A stretch of 64,000 nucleotides of DNA from Anaerovoracaceae bacterium (GTDB lineage Bacteria; Bacillota; Clostridia; Peptostreptococcales; Anaerovoracaceae): contig JAZRWY010000029.1 in NCBI GenBank assembly GCA_045599945.1, forward strand, positions 6-64,005, in the 5' to 3' direction. This document shows, in pieces, positions 62,043 to 64,000 of the stretch (positions are counted from its first letter, which is position 1; each line of letters begins with the position of its first letter). The notes under the pieces were generated by a model that had not been told where the DNA came from, searched no databases, and was given only the letters and a program-made list of their open reading frames with translations. Position numbers and translations under genes: made by a program.

Positions 62043-63617
62043 TTATTCTACTTCTGTAATCTGAGCATACTCTTCTTCTGAGATGTATGACTTTCCAGCA
62101 AGTGAAGTCTTCATAAGAGCGATGTATACTACGAAACCGATTGCGAATGAAACTATGTAGTTCCACTCTGCAAGGAAGTTCCAGAATGCGCTTCCGGATG
62201 TATCTACGAAGTAAGCCATCAGTGGAAGGATGAATGCTACTACCCATGAAATGATAGCTGCAACGTTGAATCCGTTTGAATACTGATATCTTCCATCTGG
62301 TAAGAACAGTTCTCTGATGTCGATTCTCTTCTGCTTAACAATCCAGTAGTCAGCTACAAGAAGTGCAGCGATAGGAGCAAGGATTGTACCATAAGCGTTC
62401 AGCCAGTTGAAGTAAGCACCACCTGAACCGTAGATCCACCAAGCCTGAAGTACGAAGAATGCCATTAAGCAAGTGATCAGTACGCCCATTCTGTATGAGA
62501 TCTTCTTAGGGTTGATGTTTGAAATTCCGTTTGCAGGAGCTACTACGTTAGCAGCACAGCAAGTAGTGATTGTAGCCATTACTACGCCGATTGCAGCTAC
62601 GAATACAACAATCTTGTTGTCAAGATAGTAGAATACTGCAGTTGGGTCGAACTGAGCAACGCCATCTACAAGCTTTGTAGCCTGAGCAAAGTATGCACCT
62701 ACGAATGCGCAGAATGCCATTGGAATAGGCATACCAAGCATCTGGCCCCAGAACTGTGACTTATTTGACTTCGCATATCTTGAGAAGTCAGGAATATTCA
62801 GTGCTACAGTAGCCCAGAATGCGATGTTACCCATCAGACCTGTTAAGAATACGAATGCCATTCCGCCGGACTGTTCAATCAGAGCTGCGTCGTTTGGCTG
62901 CTTCATAACTTCCCAGAAACCATAGCCGGCATCTCCGGCATAATTTCCAGCCCAGATCAGTAAGCCGATCATTACTACTACAAGGATTGGTCCGCCGATG
63001 TTCTGAACCCACTTGATGTTTTCAATACCATTGTAAGCAACGAAGAAAATTAAGAACATGAACAGGATGAATCCGTAGAAAGTACCTGCTGATGCAGTCT
63101 GCATTCCGCCCCATGAAGGAAGGTTGATTGTCCAGGTTGGGTCTAAGAATCTAGGAGCAAAGCATCCGATGATAGCTGCGAATGCGCCGCCGCCTACCCA
63201 TGACTGTACGGAACACCATCCCATGGCTGTAAATGCTCTCAGCAATGCTGGAAGGTGTGCGCCCTTGATACCAAATGTCAGTCTGGCAAACAGTGGGAAC
63301 GGAACACCATAAGTAGTACCGATTGTTGAGTTTAACTGAATTGGTATCAGGATGATCAAGTTACCTAAAGCTACGTTGAATACGCCAAGCCAAGGTGATA
63401 CACCCATGCCAATCAGACCTGATGCAAGAGCAAGTGATGGAATACAAATGGAAAGTCCAACCCAAAGCATTGTGATTGTGTATGTAGTCCATGTTCTCTC
63501 AGCAACAGATGTAGGAGCTAAGTCATCATTATAGTATTTTGATGCCATCAGTTCCTGTAAAGTCGCTTCGGATAATTCAAATAATCCGTTGCGCTGTACC
63601 TGTGTGTAAGTAGACAT
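62043..63617 (-). CDS. NCS1-family nucleobase/hydantoin:cation symporter
   Basis: Begins MSTYTQVQRNG after a TAGGAGG SD (524 aa, 12 TM segments). Contains NDDLAPT...RTW, typical of NCS1/Mhp1-like permeases. Confidence 0.88.
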   Translation of the reverse strand: MSTYTQVQRNGLFELSEATLQELMASKYYNDDLAPTSVAERTWTTYTITMLWVGLSICIPSLALASGLIGMGVSPWLGVFNVALGNLIILIPIQLNSTIGTTYGVPFPLFARLTFGIKGAHLPALLRAFTAMGWCSVQSWVGGGAFAAIIGCFAPRFLDPTWTINLPSWGGMQTASAGTFYGFILFMFLIFFVAYNGIENIKWVQNIGGPILVVVMIGLLIWAGNYAGDAGYGFWEVMKQPNDAALIEQSGGMAFVFLTGLMGNIAFWATVALNIPDFSRYAKSNKSQFWGQMLGMPIPMAFCAFVGAYFAQATKLVDGVAQFDPTAVFYYLDNKIVVFVAAIGVVMATITTCCAANVVAPANGISNINPKKISYRMGVLITCLMAFFVLQAWWIYGSGGAYFNWLNAYGTILAPIAALLVADYWIVKQKRIDIRELFLPDGRYQYSNGFNVAAIISWVVAFILPLMAYFVDTSGSAFWNFLAEWNYIVSFAIGFVVYIALMKTSLAGKSYISEEEYAQITEVE

Positions 63618-63814
63618 AATATACCTCCTATTTAGTTTTGTATAATGTGTATTATTACCTTTAAAATTATACACCTTTTTTACCCTTTTGTAGTCTTTTT
63701 TTTAATTTTTTTTAACCTAAATCCATCCCATTTTCCATCTGTAACTGCTTGCATCGCTGAAATTTCAACATTTTCCCCGTATTTAAACTTTTCTTTACCT
63801 TTATTAAATCGATT

Positions 63815-63850
63815 ATTCTATAAGCAAGATAGTGATAATTTTTATAGAAT
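63815..63850. promoter_or_regulatory. 8-bp inverted repeat ATTCTATA-N20-TATAGAAT in the divergent control region
   Basis: The arms are perfectly complementary, at 63815-63822 and 63843-63850. Confidence 0.3.
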
Positions 63851-63891
63851 TTTTGACGGATTTATTACTTTCTTTGCTTTTTAAAAAAAGA

Positions 63892-63905
63892 TGTAACCGA
63901 TTACA
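63892..63905. promoter_or_regulatory. catabolite-responsive element (cre) candidate
   Basis: TGTAACCGATTACA matches the CcpA cre consensus TGWAANCGNTNWCA at all defined positions. It lies 8 nt upstream of a TATAAT at 63914-63919. Confidence 0.55.
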
Positions 63906-63949
63906 TTCTGTTGTATAATTAGATTATCCCATAAGAAAGGATATGAAAT

Positions 63950-64000
63950 ATGACAGAAGAAATACTGGATCTTTTAGAAGCAGAATACCCGGACGCAGAC
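63950..64000 (+). CDS. 5' end of a CDS running off the window (MTEEILDLLEAEYPDAD...); product not assignable
   Basis: The ATG lies 8 nt after an AAAGGA SD. Only 17 codons are visible. Confidence 0.5.
   Translation, partial: MTEEILDLLEAEYPDAD

Overview
Core chromosomal window from a Firmicutes genome, probably a Clostridia or Lachnospiraceae-like organism judging by gene order and protein sequences. About 95% of the genes lie on the minus strand. All calls below come from reading the ORF translations and the DNA by eye; no database search was run.

Gene content, from start to end:
- a tRNA-Cys/Asp/Val cluster with tandem consensus promoters
- ribosome-rescue-type genes: yigZ, hflX and yicC, divergent from rqcH
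- the distal cell-division cluster: a Phd-like gene, an HlyD-like gene, yggS, sepF, yggT, divIVA, lspA and rluD
- the ylxM-ffh-rpsP-ylqC-rimM-trmD operon
- an SNF transporter and pyruvate:ferredoxin oxidoreductase
- SRP RNA-dnaX-ybaB-recR
- pcrA-ligA plus two poorly characterised genes
- the complete S10-spc-alpha ribosomal protein supercluster (rpsJ through rplQ, 31.2-46.5 kb)
- miaB followed by an unusual GTPase-nuclease fusion
- H+/Na+ pyrophosphatase and secG
- gap-pgk-tpiA-eno
- trmL, hom and a SEC-C protein
- a dihydropyrimidinase / NCS1 permease pair

No CRISPR array, rRNA gene, transposase, integrase or phage gene was seen.

Most interesting observations:
1. An 870-aa ORF (47100-49712) fuses a TetM/EF-G-like translational GTPase to a Rae1/YacP-type NYN ribonuclease domain. 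It sits directly upstream of the S10 operon.
2. A 580-nt non-coding region upstream of rpsJ contains a near-consensus promoter, a terminator-like structured leader and a partial duplication of that leader.
3. An unannotated 34-aa CxxC...CxxC mini-gene has its own promoter, SD and terminator.
4. A toxin-less Phd/YefM-like gene heads the division cluster.
5. A 400-aa protein with two zinc ribbons, two TM helices and a Tim44-like domain is co-transcribed with pcrA-ligA.
6. The SRP RNA is short, about 160 nt.
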